NCBI GenBank assembly: GCA_012522615.1
Contig: JAAYKB010000059.1
Coordinates: forward strand, 1 to 45,913
Direction of reading: 5' to 3'
DNA: 45,913 nt
Source of the DNA: Clostridiales bacterium
Lineage (GTDB): Bacteria; Bacillota; Clostridia; Oscillospirales; Acutalibacteraceae
Each line of letters begins with the position of its first letter. Position 1 is the stretch's first letter. This document shows positions 1 through 15,401 of this stretch, one piece after another. A model generated the notes under the pieces. That model had not been told where the DNA came from and ran no database searches. It saw only the letters and a program-made list of their open reading frames with translations. Both the position numbers and the translations under genes were made by a program.

Positions 1-75
1 TTGAAGATAAGCATGAGAAATATTTAACCGGAGCAGTCACAGGCTGCCCCGGTTTTTAATGTTAGATATATGCTT

Positions 76-630
76 TTAATAATCTGGCATGGAACTGAAT
101 AAAACATTCATTCCGCCGATGTCGAAAAGCTCCTGAGATGCAAACGAGTTTGTATCCCCGTTGTAGGTATAGTTTCTCAGGTTGACGCCCGAGCCGGTTA
201 TGACGGCGGCAGTGATGTTGGCCTTGTTGTTGTCATTGCTCCAGACCGAGAAGTAAACCCGACCGAGCTGGACAAACTGGTTAAGAAGAGGGTAATAGTT
301 GTCCCCGTTCACCACGACAAGCAGCCAGCTTTGACCGTCATCCCATGCGATATTGCCGTCCGAGCTTCTTTCCGCCTGGGTATGCAGCTCCACGGTTTCG
401 TCTGTGCCGTCGCCGTCCAGGTCATATGAGAAGTCGCTTATTTTTGCTGCCATTCCCTTTCTGGGGTCGGCCGAGGATGCCGGAATGTCGGTTTCGTTTT
501 TAGTGGTGGCTGTTGTGACCTGTTCAGTCGTAGCGCCGGTGGTCTGCGCGGGTGGTTGGCTTTTTGCCGATTCGTCTTTTGCCCTTCCGCATCCGCCTGT
601 AATTATTAATAAAGTAAATAATACAAACAA
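76..630 (-). CDS. Putative secreted lipoprotein, function unknown
   Basis: 184-aa ORF. The N-terminus MFVLFTLLIITGGC has a hydrophobic core followed by a lipobox-like ITGGC. A Thr/Ala/Pro-rich linker and a DLDGDGTDE acidic loop follow. The start is uncertain: TTG at 630 lies 23 nt from the only SD-like run (AAGGGGGG, reverse complement of 654-661), and no canonical start codon lies between them. Confidence 0.55.
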   Translation of the reverse strand: MFVLFTLLIITGGCGRAKDESAKSQPPAQTTGATTEQVTTATTKNETDIPASSADPRKGMAAKISDFSYDLDGDGTDETVELHTQAERSSDGNIAWDDGQSWLLVVVNGDNYYPLLNQFVQLGRVYFSVWSNDNNKANITAAVITGSGVNLRNYTYNGDTNSFASQELFDIGGMNVLFSSMPDY

Positions 631-872
631 TAATATTGTGTTTTTCGTATTTGCCCCCCTTATCTATAACGCTCAGCATTATTATGCCCTTGTTTTCGGA
701 TAAATTCAGCCTAATAAAACCCGCTAATTAATAACAACGCCGCCATGTGTATCGTAAAGGTGGCCTGCCTTGTATGCAAATGGTATTCTGCCCTGATTAT
801 TTTCAAAATTGCTGTCAAAACTCAAAATTAAAGGAAAAAATGATGAAAAGCCTGTCAAATCGCAAAAAACAA

Positions 873-901
873 TTGACAAGCTCTCTTATTAGGTGTATTA
901 T
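873..901 (+). promoter_or_regulatory. Sigma-A-type promoter candidate for rpoBC
   Basis: TTGACA (873-878), a 17-nt spacer, then TATTAT (896-901). It lies about 330 nt upstream of the rpoB start. Confidence 0.45.
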
Positions 902-1231
902 AGTATACTGCATAATCATGGAAAAATGTCCCCATTATCAAAAAAAGTATATCACATATTGTGAAAAATTACAAGTCCCTTTCGCTGGAATTTCGGCGAA
1001 TTGCTTGCCGCTTTTTAATGACATTCTCACCTGCTCCAATAGGAAAACCGAGATGATATAAAGCTTTTGGTTGGCTCATAACCGAATTTCACCAAAAGCC
1101 GCGACAAGAGAACACATACAGGGATACAAGGCGGGTTTCCGTGAGATCATGGTTAACCTGATTCGCGCCCTGCGGGGTGCAAAATCAGAACGGGAATCCA
1201 ATAAAAATACAAAACAGGAGTGATCTGGTCT

Positions 1232-4200
1232 ATGGCGAATATCAAACCGGTGAAGCTTGGAAACAATGTCCGCATGAGCTTCTCCAAAATCAACGAGGTT
1301 TTGGAAATGCCGAACCTGATTGAGGTTCAGAAAAACTCGTACAAATGGTTTCTTGAGGAGGGGCTTAAGGAAGTATTTCAGGATGTGGCTTCTATTACGG
1401 ACTATACCGGCAAGCTGGTGCTTGAATTTGTTGATTATCGCATAGACGGTACCCCGAAATATACGGTGGAGCAGTGCAAGGAACGCGATGTGACTTATGC
1501 CGCCCCTCTGCGTGTGCGCGCTCGTCTTATTAATAAGGAAACAGGCGAGATTAAGGAATCCGAAGTGTTTATGGGCGATTTCCCCCTGATGACCGACAGC
1601 GGAACCTTTGTTATAAACGGAGCGGAGCGCGTTATTGTATCCCAGTTGGTTCGTTCGCCCGGCGTTTATTACGGCATGACATATGACAGCACAGGAAAAA
1701 AGCTGTTCAACTCCACCATTATTCCCAACCGCGGCGCATGGCTCGAGTATGAAACAGATTCGCAGGACATTTTTTATGTCCGTATTGATAAAAACCGCAA
1801 GATTCCGGTTACCGTGTTTGCCCGTGCGCTCGGGCTCGGTACGGATGCCGAACTGCTAGACTTCTTCGGCGACGACGAACGTATCCACGCGACCATTGAA
1901 AAGGATATTACCAAAAATACCGAGGAGGCGCTGCTTGAAGTATACCGCAAGCTTCGTCCGGGTGAGCCTTTGACTGTCGAGAACTCCCAGCAGCATCTCG
2001 AGAGCCTGTTTTTTGACGCCCGCCGCTATGACCTGTCGCGTGTCGGACGCTATAAATACAATAAAAAGCTGTCGCTTTCCAATAGGCTGACCGGATTTAG
2101 AATCAGCCGCCCTATCGTCAACCCCATGACCGGCGAGGTTATGGCTGAGGAGGGCGAGCTTATCAATCATCAAAGGGCAATCGAAATCGAGTCGGCCGGC
2201 GTTATGGTAGCCTATGTCAATGTTGAGGAACACGGCGAGACCCGCGAGGTCAAGATTGTTTCCAACGGCATGGTGGATATTAAGAATTTTGTCAGCTTCG
2301 ACTGTGAGGAACTGGGCATTCGCGAGCATGTTCGTTTTTCGGTGCTTAAGGAGATTCTCGATTCAACCGATGACGAGGATGCTTTGCGTGAAGCCATCCG
2401 CGAACGTGCGGATGAACTGGTTCCCAAGCACATTATCACCGATGACATTCTTGCTTCAATAAACTATATCTGCTGTCTTGCTCATGATGTGGGCATGACC
2501 GACGATATCGACCATCTCGGCAACCGCCGTATTCGTTCGGTGGGCGAGCTTTTGCAAAACCAGTTCCGTATCGGATTTTCACGTATGGAACGGGTTATTC
2601 GCGAACGCATGACACTGCAGGCTCAGGACATGGATGTTATTACCCCGCAGGCATTAATAAACATCCGTCCGGTTGTTGCCGCTATCAAGGAGTTCTTCGG
2701 CTCGTCACCTCTTTCACAGTTTATGGACCAGACCAACCCGCTTTCCGAGCTTACGCATAAGCGCCGCCTTTCGGCGCTCGGTCCCGGCGGATTGTCACGT
2801 GACCGCGCGGGATTTGAGGTGCGCGACGTTCACTACAGCCACTACGGACGCATGTGCCCGATTGAAACTCCGGAGGGTCCCAACATCGGTCTGATTTCTT
2901 ATCTTGCTACCTATGCGCGTATCAATGAATACGGCTTTATCGAAGCCCCCTTCCGCAAGGTTGACAAAGAAACAGGTGTTGTAACCGACGAGGTTGTCTA
3001 TATGCCGGCCGACGTCGAGGATGAATTTATTGTTGCCCAGGCTAACGAGCCCCTCGACGAGCAGGGCAGGTTTGCCCGTGCCAGGGTCAATGCCCGTTTC
3101 CGCAGCGAGTTTCTTGAAATTGAACCCGACAAGATCGAATATATGGACGTCTCCCCCAAGATGGTTGTTTCGGTCGCCACCGCCATGATTCCCTTCCTTG
3201 AAAATGACGACGCCAACCGTGCTTTGATGGGTTCAAACATGCAAAAACAGGCGGTTCCGCTTTTGACACCCGAAGCCCCGATAGTCGGAACCGGTATGGA
3301 ATATAAAGCCGCCATAGATTCGGGCGTTGTGGTATCTGCGAAGGAAGCCGGCACGGTCACCTCGGTAACGGCCGAGCGAATTGTGATTCGCCGCGATAAT
3401 GACGGCGGTCAGGACGTTTATCAACTGATAAAATTCAAGGGCTCCAACCAGGGAACCTGTATTAACCAGCGTCCGGTTGTGTCATACGGACAGCATGTCG
3501 AGAAAAACGAGGTTATTGCCGACGGTCCCTCGACCTGCAACGGCGAGATTTCGCTCGGCAAAAACGTGCTGATAGGGTTTATGTCGTGGGAAGGCTATAA
3601 CTATGAGGACGCCATCCTTATTAATGAGAAACTTGTACGCGATGATGTATTTACCTCGATTCATATCGAAGAATATGAGATAGAAGCGCGTGATACCAAG
3701 CTGGGTCCCGAAGAAATCACACGTGATATTCCGAACGTCGGCGAGGATGCCCTCAAGGATCTCGACGAACGCGGTATTATTCATGTCGGCGCAGAGGTTC
3801 GCTCGGGAGATATTCTTGTAGGCAAAGTTACTCCTAAGGGTGAAACCGAGCTTACTGCGGAAGAGCGGCTGCTGCGTGCGATATTTGGTGAAAAGGCGCG
3901 CGAGGTGCGCGATACATCCCTCAAGGTACCCCATGGCGAATACGGCATTGTGGTTGACGTCAAGGTTTTCACCCGTGAGAACTGCGATGAGCTCAGCCCC
4001 GGCGTGAATATGGTGGTGCGCTGCTATGTCGCCCAGAAGCGCAAGATAAGCGTGGGTGACAAGATGGCGGGACGCCACGGTAACAAGGGCGTTGTTTCGT
4101 GCATCCTTCCGAGTGAGGATATGCCCTTCCTGCCCGACGGCACCCCACTGGATATTGTTCTTAATCCTCTCGGTGTTCCGTCCCGTATGAACATCGGTCA

Positions 4201-4945
4201 GGTTCTTGAGGTTCATCTGGGATACGCCGCGGCGGCTCTCGGCTTCAAGGTTATGACCCCGGTATTTGACGGGGCACACGAGTCGGATATCCGTGAGCTT
4301 CTTGAGAAGATTGGAAAGGGTGAGGACGGCAAGTCCATCCTTTATGACGGACGTACCGGCAAGCAGTTTGATAACCCCGTTACGGTCGGTTATATGTATT
4401 TCTTGAAGCTTCACCATCTTGTCGACGATAAGATCCACGCCCGTTCAACCGGCCCGTATTCACTTGTCACCCAGCAGCCTTTGGGCGGCAAGGCGCAGTT
4501 CGGCGGTCAGCGTTTTGGCGAAATGGAAGTTTGGGCACTTGAAGCTTACGGCGCCGCCTATACCCTGCAGGAAATCCTGACGGTCAAGTCGGACGATGTT
4601 GTGGGACGTGTTAAGACCTATGAGTCTATTGTTAAAGGGCAAAACGTTCCCCAGTCGGGTGTTCCGGAATCCTTCAAGGTTCTTGTCAAGGAGCTGCAGT
4701 CGCTTGGACTTGATATTAAGGTAATGAATAAGGATAATCAGGAAATCGATTTGAAGCAGACATTTGATGATGACGAAGAGGTCAACATGGTCGCAATTGA
4801 TGACGGTGTATTCCAGAGCGTAACCAATGAAGATGAGCTGGTAGGTTATGAGGTGGAAGACCCCAATCTCAATGACCAGGATCTTCTCAGTGATGAGGAT
4901 GTCGACGATTCCGAACTGCTTACAGACGATCTCGATGAGATATAG
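1232..4945 (+). CDS. rpoB: DNA-directed RNA polymerase subunit beta
   Basis: The ORF track gives 1220-4945. The protein shows the typical RpoB sequence throughout (for example [16 protein letters not shown] and NMQRQAVP-like NMQKQAVPL) and has an acidic C-terminal tail. I prefer ATG at 1232 because AGGAG at 1216-1220 sits 11 nt upstream; the GTG at 1220 overlaps that SD. Confidence 0.97.
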   Translation: MANIKPVKLGNNVRMSFSKINEVLEMPNLIEVQKNSYKWFLEEGLKEVFQDVASITDYTGKLVLEFVDYRIDGTPKYTVEQCKERDVTYAAPLRVRARLINKETGEIKESEVFMGDFPLMTDSGTFVINGAERVIVSQLVRSPGVYYGMTYDSTGKKLFNSTIIPNRGAWLEYETDSQDIFYVRIDKNRKIPVTVFARALGLGTDAELLDFFGDDERIHATIEKDITKNTEEALLEVYRKLRPGEPLTVENSQQHLESLFFDARRYDLSRVGRYKYNKKLSLSNRLTGFRISRPIVNPMTGEVMAEEGELINHQRAIEIESAGVMVAYVNVEEHGETREVKIVSNGMVDIKNFVSFDCEELGIREHVRFSVLKEILDSTDDEDALREAIRERADELVPKHIITDDILASINYICCLAHDVGMTDDIDHLGNRRIRSVGELLQNQFRIGFSRMERVIRERMTLQAQDMDVITPQALINIRPVVAAIKEFFGSSPLSQFMDQTNPLSELTHKRRLSALGPGGLSRDRAGFEVRDVHYSHYGRMCPIETPEGPNIGLISYLATYARINEYGFIEAPFRKVDKETGVVTDEVVYMPADVEDEFIVAQANEPLDEQGRFARARVNARFRSEFLEIEPDKIEYMDVSPKMVVSVATAMIPFLENDDANRALMGSNMQKQAVPLLTPEAPIVGTGMEYKAAIDSGVVVSAKEAGTVTSVTAERIVIRRDNDGGQDVYQLIKFKGSNQGTCINQRPVVSYGQHVEKNEVIADGPSTCNGEISLGKNVLIGFMSWEGYNYEDAILINEKLVRDDVFTSIHIEEYEIEARDTKLGPEEITRDIPNVGEDALKDLDERGIIHVGAEVRSGDILVGKVTPKGETELTAEERLLRAIFGEKAREVRDTSLKVPHGEYGIVVDVKVFTRENCDELSPGVNMVVRCYVAQKRKISVGDKMAGRHGNKGVVSCILPSEDMPFLPDGTPLDIVLNPLGVPSRMNIGQVLEVHLGYAAAALGFKVMTPVFDGAHESDIRELLEKIGKGEDGKSILYDGRTGKQFDNPVTVGYMYFLKLHHLVDDKIHARSTGPYSLVTQQPLGGKAQFGGQRFGEMEVWALEAYGAAYTLQEILTVKSDDVVGRVKTYESIVKGQNVPQSGVPESFKVLVKELQSLGLDIKVMNKDNQEIDLKQTFDDDEEVNMVAIDDGVFQSVTNEDELVGYEVEDPNLNDQDLLSDEDVDDSELLTDDLDEI

Positions 4946-4966
4946 GAACGGGAGGACTTTCGCTAT

Positions 4967-8632
<3,666 letters not shown>

Positions 8633-8671
8633 GCTTTACAAGCCAGGCAGACGAAATCAAGCAATTTTTGC

Positions 8672-8701
8672 TTGACAAAATGATATACGCCGTGATAGTA
8701 T
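8672..8701 (+). promoter_or_regulatory. Promoter candidate for the str operon
   Basis: TTGACA (8672-8677), an 18-nt spacer, then TGaTAGTAT (extended -10; hexamer 8696-8701). Confidence 0.4.
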
Positions 8702-8824
8702 TCATAATTGTGATATTAAAAACGGCGTGCGGCGGTAAGCTGTATCGCATACTTTATTTATTACCTTGTTTCCAAAGACCCATGGTCTTTTAGGAATATA
8801 TTCTATATACAGGAGGTGTTGTTT

Positions 8825-9250
8825 TTGCCAACCTTTAACCAGCTCGTGCGTAAAGGACGGGAGGAAGTCGAGAAGAAGTACAAGGCTCCGGCCCTCTTAA
8901 GGGGATGGAACTCTAAAAAGCGTATTCCTATCGAACAGAACTCTCCCCAGAAGCGAGGAGTGTGTACTGCGGTTAAGACTTCCACGCCCAAAAAGCCTAA
9001 CTCGGCTTTGCGTAAGGTCGCCCGTGTGCGCCTGTCCAACGGGATTGAGGTAACTTCCTATATCCCCGGTGAAGGCCATAATCTGCAGGAGCACAGCGTT
9101 GTCTTGATTCGCGGCGGACGTGTAAAGGACCTGCCCGGTGTGCGTTACCACATCATCCGCGGTACTCTGGACGCCCAGGGGGTAGCCAAGCGCATGCAGG
9201 CCCGTTCCAAGTACGGCGCAAAGAAACCCAAGGCCGGCGCGGCCAAATAG
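8825..9250 (+). CDS. rpsL: 30S ribosomal protein S12
   Basis: Translation reads [13 protein letters not shown]...[16 protein letters not shown]...[16 protein letters not shown]. The track ORF starts at GTG 8816. TTG at 8825 gives the canonical MPT N-terminus and sits 8 nt after AGGAGG (8811-8816). Confidence 0.95.
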   Translation: MPTFNQLVRKGREEVEKKYKAPALLRGWNSKKRIPIEQNSPQKRGVCTAVKTSTPKKPNSALRKVARVRLSNGIEVTSYIPGEGHNLQEHSVVLIRGGRVKDLPGVRYHIIRGTLDAQGVAKRMQARSKYGAKKPKAGAAK

Positions 9251-9497
9251 TAAGGACATTTCAGCGGCTATATAGCAGCATTTATATAAATTTCCGATCT
9301 CGATTCTTTCGATAAGGAAGCCTTATACTGATTAGGGTTTAGAATGTTTTAAACTTTTTAACAGATACTAAGCAAATCAGTGTTGGAATAATGCTCTATA
9401 ACGGCCAACGGAAGCTTGCCTTTGACGGGAGGATGTTCCGCAAGGGCAGTCAATTTCGAGTACCTATGATATCATATCTATGAAGGAGGGAAGTAGA

Positions 9498-9968
9498 GTG
9501 CCGAGAAGAGGTTCCATAGCAAAACGTGATGTTTTGCCCGACCCGCTTTACAATTCCAAACTGGTCACCAGATTAATTAACAATGTCATGTATGACGGCA
9601 AGCGCGGCGTAGCGCAGAAGATTGTTTATGGTGCTTTTGACATTGTCCGTGAAAAGACCGGAAAAGATCCTATCGAGGTCTTTGAACAGGCCATGGAGAA
9701 TATCATGCCCCTGCTGGAGGTTAAAGCCCGCCGTGTCGGCGGCGCCACCTACCAGGTGCCGATTGAGGTTCGTCCCGAACGCCGTCAGACATTGGGGTTG
9801 CGCTGGCTGACAGCCTATTCACGCACCCGTTCCGAGCGTACCATGAAAGAACGTCTTGCAGGCGAGATTATGGACGCGATAAACGGTGTCGGCGGGGCAG
9901 CCAAAAAGCGCGATGACACCCATCGCATGGCAGAAGCGAACAAAGCATTTGCACACTACAGATGGTAA
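9498..9968 (+). CDS. rpsG: 30S ribosomal protein S7
   Basis: Translation reads [28 protein letters not shown]..., ending ...AFAHYRW. GTG at 9498 sits 8 nt after GGAGG (9485-9489). The track start at 9480 would add a non-conserved extension. Confidence 0.94.
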   Translation: MPRRGSIAKRDVLPDPLYNSKLVTRLINNVMYDGKRGVAQKIVYGAFDIVREKTGKDPIEVFEQAMENIMPLLEVKARRVGGATYQVPIEVRPERRQTLGLRWLTAYSRTRSERTMKERLAGEIMDAINGVGGAAKKRDDTHRMAEANKAFAHYRW

Positions 9969-10149
9969 GTCTCTGATTGCCATAATGTTTCGTTCACAGT
10001 TTGTACCGGAATGTTATGATACCGAGAGATTGAGCTTGTTTCAAACTAGCCCTCTTAAGGGCAAGGGGCTCACCATTTGTGGATTCGACGCCGCGAGTTG
10101 GTTTGCCTCCTGCAAGCAGCGTTTACGGAAAATTTAAGGAGGACAGTTA

Positions 10150-12234
10150 ATGGCAAGGCAAGTATCATTGGAGCTCACCAGAAACATCGGTATCATGGCC
10201 CACATCGACGCCGGTAAAACGACAACTACCGAGCGTATCCTGTTCTATACCGGTATTAACCATAAAATGGGTGAAACACATGACGGCTCGGCGACCATGG
10301 ACTGGATGGCGCAGGAGCAGGAGCGCGGTATTACAATTACTTCGGCGGCTACCACCTGTTTCTGGAAGAACCACCGTATTAATATCATCGACACCCCGGG
10401 TCACGTTGACTTTACCGTAGAGGTTGAGCGTTCGCTCCGCGTGCTCGACGGTTCGGTTACCGTTTTTTGTGCCAAGGGCGGTGTTGAACCCCAGTCTGAA
10501 ACCGTCTGGCGTCAGGCTGACCAATATAAAGTACCCCGTATGGCATATATAAACAAGATGGACATCATGGGCGCTGATTTTTACCGCGTCGTCAATATGA
10601 TGAAGGAGCGTCTTAAAACCAATGCCGTACCGATTCAGCTCCCCATCGGTGCCGAGGATACCTTCAAGGGTATTGTCGACCTTGTGGAGATGAAGGCGTA
10701 TATCTATTATGATGATATCGGCAAGGATATCCGTTGTGAGGATATTCCTGCAGATATGATGGATAAGGCGCAGGAATACCATGACGCTTTGGTTGAGGCT
10801 GTTGCCGAACAGGATGATGAGCTGCTTGAGAAATACTTCTCCGGCGAGCCCCTCACGATTGAAGAAATCAAGTCCTGCATCCGCAAGGCGACTATTGCCA
10901 ACAGGATGGTTCCCGTGACCTGCGGCACATCCTATCGCAACAAGGGCGTACAAAAGCTGCTTGATGCCGTTGTGGATTATATGCCTGCCCCGACCGACAT
11001 TCCCTCAATTAAAGGAATCAACCCCGATACCCAGGAGGAGATCGAGCGTCATTCTTCCGATTCCGAGCCTTTTGCGGCTTTGGCATTTAAGATTGCGACC
11101 GACCCGTTCGTAGGAAAGCTTTGCTTCTTCCGCGTATATTCCGGCAAGGTCAACGCGGGCTCAAGCGTATACAACTCAAACAAGGATAACAACGAGCGTT
11201 TAGGCCGTATTCTCCAGATGCACTCCAACCATCGTCAGGATATTGAAACCGTTTATGCGGGAGATATTGCGGCTGCGGTCGGGCTGAAGAATACCACCAC
11301 CGGAGACACCCTGTGTGACGAAAAGCATCCGGTTATTCTTGAGTCGATGGAGTTCCCAGAGCCTGTTATCCGAGTTGCGATTGAGCCTAGGACAAAGGCC
11401 GGTCAGGAGAAGATGGGCATTGCCCTCTCAAAGCTTGCGGAGGAGGACCCCACCTTTAAGAACTACACCGACGAAGAAACCGGTCAGACCATAATCGCGG
11501 GTATGGGCGAGCTCCATCTTGAGATTATTGTCGACCGCCTGCTCCGCGAATTCAAGGTAGAGGCCAATGTCGGCGCACCTCAGGTTGCCTATAAGGAGAC
11601 CATCCGCAAAAGCGCAGAGATTGACCACAAATATGCCCGCCAGTCGGGCGGACGCGGACAGTATGGTCACGTTAAAATCCGTATTGAGCCTAACGAAACC
11701 GGCAAGGGATATGAATTTGTCAACGCTGTTGTCGGCGGCGTCATTCCCAAGGAGTACATCCCGGCCGTTGACCAGGGTGTTCAGGGTGCTATGCTGTCGG
11801 GCGTTGTGGCAGGCTATAACGTGGTTGACGTCAAGGTTACCCTATTTGACGGTTCGTACCACGAAGTAGACTCTTCCGAAATGGCATTTAAGATTGCCGG
11901 CTCAATGGCCTTCAAAGAAGCCATGCGAAGAGCGGATCCCGTTCTGCTTGAACCAATCATGAGGGTGGTTGTCACGGTACCCGAGGAGTATATGGGTGAT
12001 GTAATCGGCGATTTGAACTCCCGACGCGGTATGATTCAGGGAATGGAAGCAGTCTCAGGCGCCCAGCAGATAACAGCAATGGTACCGCTGTCCGAGATGT
12101 TCGGCTATGCAACCGACATGCGTTCACGCACGCAGGGACGCGGACAGTACAGCATGGAACCCAGCCATTATTCCGAGCTTCCGAAGAGTGTGGCAGAAAA
12201 CATTATATCCAAAAGGATTAAGAAAGAGGATTAA
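10150..12234 (+). CDS. fusA: Elongation factor G
   Basis: 694 aa with the GTPase motifs AHIDAGKTT and [16 protein letters not shown] precedes the start. Confidence 0.97.
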   Translation: MARQVSLELTRNIGIMAHIDAGKTTTTERILFYTGINHKMGETHDGSATMDWMAQEQERGITITSAATTCFWKNHRINIIDTPGHVDFTVEVERSLRVLDGSVTVFCAKGGVEPQSETVWRQADQYKVPRMAYINKMDIMGADFYRVVNMMKERLKTNAVPIQLPIGAEDTFKGIVDLVEMKAYIYYDDIGKDIRCEDIPADMMDKAQEYHDALVEAVAEQDDELLEKYFSGEPLTIEEIKSCIRKATIANRMVPVTCGTSYRNKGVQKLLDAVVDYMPAPTDIPSIKGINPDTQEEIERHSSDSEPFAALAFKIATDPFVGKLCFFRVYSGKVNAGSSVYNSNKDNNERLGRILQMHSNHRQDIETVYAGDIAAAVGLKNTTTGDTLCDEKHPVILESMEFPEPVIRVAIEPRTKAGQEKMGIALSKLAEEDPTFKNYTDEETGQTIIAGMGELHLEIIVDRLLREFKVEANVGAPQVAYKETIRKSAEIDHKYARQSGGRGQYGHVKIRIEPNETGKGYEFVNAVVGGVIPKEYIPAVDQGVQGAMLSGVVAGYNVVDVKVTLFDGSYHEVDSSEMAFKIAGSMAFKEAMRRADPVLLEPIMRVVVTVPEEYMGDVIGDLNSRRGMIQGMEAVSGAQQITAMVPLSEMFGYATDMRSRTQGRGQYSMEPSHYSELPKSVAENIISKRIKKED

Positions 12235-12270
12235 TCTGTCTGCCAAATCGATATTTTATTTGGAAAAGGC

Positions 12271-12299
12271 TTGAAATTCGCTTGACTAATTGTTAAAAT
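12271..12299 (+). promoter_or_regulatory. Internal promoter candidate for tuf
   Basis: TTGAAA (12271-12276), a 17-nt spacer ending in TGt, then TAAAAT (12294-12299). This is an extended -10 arrangement. Confidence 0.5.
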
Positions 12300-12363
12300 G
12301 AATTCCATAGGTTTTCATTAATTATGAAAAAGTAATTTGTGTTTATAAAAGGAGGAAATAAAC

Positions 12364-13563
12364 ATGGCAAAGGCAAAGTTTGAAAGAAGCAAACCACACG
12401 TTAATATTGGTACCATCGGACACGTTGACCATGGTAAAACCACACTGACCGCCGCTATCACAAAGGTTCTCAACCTCAGGGGAAGCTCCGAGTTTGTTGA
12501 TTATGCGAACATCGACAAGGCTCCCGAAGAGCGTGCACGCGGTATCACAATCAGTACCTCACACGTTGAGTACCAGACCGAAACCCGTCACTATGCACAC
12601 GTTGACTGCCCCGGTCACGCCGACTATGTAAAGAACATGATTACAGGTGCCGCTCAGATGGACGGAGCAATCCTGGTTGTTTCGGCTGCAGACGGCCCGA
12701 TGCCTCAGACCCGTGAGCACATTGTTCTTGCACGTCAGGTTGGCGTTCCCTATATCGTTGTATTTATGAACAAGGTCGATCAGGTCGACGATCCCGAGCT
12801 TCTTGAGCTTGTCGAGATGGAAGTTCGCGAACTGCTCAACGAGTACAACTTCCCCGGCGACGACACACCCATTATCAAAGGCTCTGCTCTCCAGGCTCTT
12901 GAGTGCGGCTCCAATGATGTCAATGCTCCCGAGTACAATTGTATCGTCGAGCTGATGGATGCTGTTGATAGCTACATCCCCACCCCTCAGCGGACAACCG
13001 ATCTTCCCTTCCTTATGCCTGTTGAGGACGTGTTTACCATTACAGGCCGCGGAACGGTTGCTACCGGTCGTGTTGAGCGCGGCCAGTTGAAGTTGTCCGA
13101 AGAGGTTGAGATTATCGGTTTGACCGATGAGAAAAAGAAGACGGTTGTTACCGGTATCGAAATGTTCCGCAAGCTGCTTGATTACGCCGAGGCAGGCGAC
13201 AACATCGGCGCTCTGCTTCGCGGTGTTCAGAGAGACGAGATTGAGCGCGGACAGGTTCTTTGCAAACCTGGCTCCATCAACCCGCATACCAAATTCCATG
13301 GCAAGGTTTATGTCCTTTCCAAGGAAGAGGGCGGACGTCACACTCCTTTCTTCAACAACTATCGTCCCCAGTTCTATTTCCGTACCACAGACGTAACCGG
13401 TGTCGTTTCTCTGCCTGAAGGCATCGAGATGTGCATGCCCGGCGATAATGTCGAGATGGATGTTGAGCTTATTACCCCGATTGCCATTGAGGAAGGTCTG
13501 CGCTTTGCTATCCGTGAAGGCGGCCGCACCGTTGGCTCCGGTGTTGTTACAAAGATTAACTAA
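12364..13563 (+). CDS. tuf: Elongation factor Tu
   Basis: 399 aa with [17 protein letters not shown] and NKVD motifs. A strong SD (AAAGGAGGA) precedes the start. Confidence 0.98.
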   Translation: MAKAKFERSKPHVNIGTIGHVDHGKTTLTAAITKVLNLRGSSEFVDYANIDKAPEERARGITISTSHVEYQTETRHYAHVDCPGHADYVKNMITGAAQMDGAILVVSAADGPMPQTREHIVLARQVGVPYIVVFMNKVDQVDDPELLELVEMEVRELLNEYNFPGDDTPIIKGSALQALECGSNDVNAPEYNCIVELMDAVDSYIPTPQRTTDLPFLMPVEDVFTITGRGTVATGRVERGQLKLSEEVEIIGLTDEKKKTVVTGIEMFRKLLDYAEAGDNIGALLRGVQRDEIERGQVLCKPGSINPHTKFHGKVYVLSKEEGGRHTPFFNNYRPQFYFRTTDVTGVVSLPEGIEMCMPGDNVEMDVELITPIAIEEGLRFAIREGGRTVGSGVVTKIN

Positions 13564-13580
13564 TAGGCTAAACAGCTTTA

Positions 13581-13611
13581 AATCCCTCCCGTTTTCGGGA
13601 GGGATTTTTTT
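13581..13611 (+). terminator. Rho-independent terminator of the str/tuf operon
   Basis: AATCCCTCCCG / CGGGAGGGATT stem followed by a run of seven T. Confidence 0.9.
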
Positions 13612-13636
13612 GCGGGAGCTTATATAATACTGATTG

Positions 13637-13666
13637 TTGGACATTTTGCGGAGCGATTGTTATAAT
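13637..13666 (+). promoter_or_regulatory. Promoter candidate for the solute-binding protein gene
   Basis: TTGGAC (13637-13642), an 18-nt spacer ending in TGt, then TATAAT (13661-13666). Confidence 0.5.
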
Positions 13667-13737
13667 ATATTTGTATTTAGTATCAGAGCCTTTTCATTTT
13701 TGGGGACGACGGTATTTTGATTTTGGAGGAGTCATCC

Positions 13738-15360
13738 ATGCCGTTTTACAAAAAAAATAAATTCGGCAGACTTGCGGTAGTGGTATTGCTGCTTGCAATC
13801 CTGTCGTCAACAATATTAAGCGGCTGTAAGAAGGAATCAATCGCAGGCAAATCATTCCGGTTTTCACTTTCGGCTGAACCACGCCAGATTGACCCCCAGA
13901 TTTCGACCGATACAGCCTCGGTGACCATGGTTGTCGCCCTTTTTGAAGGCCTCGCGCGACTCGATGAATCGGGGAAAGCCCGACCAGGGGCGGCAGACTG
14001 GGTGGTGTCGGATGACGGACTAACCTATACCTTTACGCTGCTCGATTCAAAATGGAGCGATGGCACTGAGGTGACAGCCCATGATTTTGTTTTCGGTATG
14101 CAGCGTGCCGTGCATCCGACTACACAATCATCATTGGCGGAACAGCTGTTTGAAATAAAATATGCGCGGGAGATAAACGAGGGAAGGGCGGATGCTTCCT
14201 TTCTGGGCGTAAAAGCACTGGATGATAAGCGGTTGACAATAACCCTGACGCAGCCCGACCGTGATTTTCCCGCAAAGACGGCTTCCACCCCGTTTATGCC
14301 CTGTAAAAAGAGCTTTTTCGACCAGACAGAGGGAAAGTACGGGCTGGACACCGAGCATCTTATTTCAAACGGGCCTTTTTACCTAAAGGCATGGAATCAC
14401 AACAAATCCCTATTGATGGGTAAAAACGAGGGTTATCACGATGCCGAAAACATTCTACCGTCGTCGGTGCGCTATGTGATAGGCGAGGTTGAGGATCCGG
14501 TAAAAGCATTATCGGAGGGCATGCTGGATGCGGCGCCGATTCCGGCGGGTGAGCTTGAAAAAGCCCGAAATGCCGGAATAAGGCTGCATACCCAAAAGGA
14601 TACCCTGCTTATGCTGTGGATGAACAACGACAATCAGTCTCTGAGCAACCCATATTTGAGGCGGGCGCTCAGGGATTCGATTGAATGGAAACTGCTTCTT
14701 GAACAGTTGGACAGTACGACCGACATACCCGCGACAGGTTTTGTTTCTCCCGACGCAACTGTACTGTCTGCCGGCAGGTATCGTGACGATACCAATAGGA
14801 TTACGCCGACCACCCGCGCTCCGCAGGCGCAGCAAGAGCTTTCCAAAGGGCTTCAGCAAGCCGGGCTTGAAGGGATGCCGACCCTCACCCTTTTATGTTC
14901 TGACGACGAATACAGTACCAATATTGCAAGGTATGTGGTGCAATCGTGGCAGAAAAATCTTTCGCTCTATTTCAGCATTGAACCGCTTACCCTGTCGGAG
15001 CTGACATCAAGGGTAAAGGTGGGCAACTATCAGATCGCAATTTCCTCGTTTACCGCGCCCGGCGCAGATGCAAAGGATGCTATGGGCAGCTTTATTACGG
15101 GAGCGATAGGGAATTATGCCCATTTTTCGGATGAAGAATATGACGATAAATTCAAGTCTGCAGGCAACCGAGCGACACAGCAGGAGCTGAAGGTTCTTGA
15201 AGAAACTCTGTGGCAAATGTGCCCTTCTGTTCCGCTCAGCTTTCGGCTTAGGTATACGGGCATTCCTAAGGCAAATAGCGGGATTGTCGTCCGTTCCTTC
15301 GGCGGCGGCGCATTTGGCGCACCCTATGACTTCAGACAGGCGGGCAGAAAAGAAGATTAA
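13738..15360 (+). CDS. ABC transporter substrate-binding lipoprotein, family 5 (peptide/nickel, OppA/DppA-like)
   Basis: Size and overall sequence match family-5 SBPs. The N-terminus MPFYKKNKFGRLAVVVLLLAILSSTILSGC carries a signal peptide with a lipobox. ATG at 13738 sits 7 nt after GGAGGA; the track ORF begins at 13717. Confidence 0.8.
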   Translation: MPFYKKNKFGRLAVVVLLLAILSSTILSGCKKESIAGKSFRFSLSAEPRQIDPQISTDTASVTMVVALFEGLARLDESGKARPGAADWVVSDDGLTYTFTLLDSKWSDGTEVTAHDFVFGMQRAVHPTTQSSLAEQLFEIKYAREINEGRADASFLGVKALDDKRLTITLTQPDRDFPAKTASTPFMPCKKSFFDQTEGKYGLDTEHLISNGPFYLKAWNHNKSLLMGKNEGYHDAENILPSSVRYVIGEVEDPVKALSEGMLDAAPIPAGELEKARNAGIRLHTQKDTLLMLWMNNDNQSLSNPYLRRALRDSIEWKLLLEQLDSTTDIPATGFVSPDATVLSAGRYRDDTNRITPTTRAPQAQQELSKGLQQAGLEGMPTLTLLCSDDEYSTNIARYVVQSWQKNLSLYFSIEPLTLSELTSRVKVGNYQIAISSFTAPGADAKDAMGSFITGAIGNYAHFSDEEYDDKFKSAGNRATQQELKVLEETLWQMCPSVPLSFRLRYTGIPKANSGIVVRSFGGGAFGAPYDFRQAGRKED

Positions 15361-15401
15361 AAAATAAGACCACCGGAAAATCAGCCGGTGGTCTTGATTG
15401 T

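Noticed and set aside
747-1061. 104-aa ORF upstream of rpoB
   Set aside because: It has no SD, its composition is Cys-rich and random-looking, and the best rpoB promoter lies inside it. I treat the region as non-coding leader and promoter DNA.
3482-4438. Long antisense ORFs inside conserved genes. This one lies in rpoB. Others are 7733-8491 in rpoC, 10165-10953 in fusA, 12559-13644 in tuf, 15952-16458 opposite rplU/prp, 23088-23837 in era and 30317-31165 in galM.
   Set aside because: These are shadow ORFs opposite strongly conserved coding frames. They have low-complexity translations and no SD or independent signals.
8657-8675. TCAAGCAA-TTT-TTGCTTGA hairpin just after rpoC, as a possible terminator
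   Set aside because: No U-run follows it, and it overlaps the -35 of the str operon promoter candidate. It is more likely incidental or only a weak pause site.
9886-10137. 83-aa ORF bridging the rpsG-fusA spacer
   Set aside because: It starts inside rpsG in another frame, has no SD, and its sequence is not protein-like.
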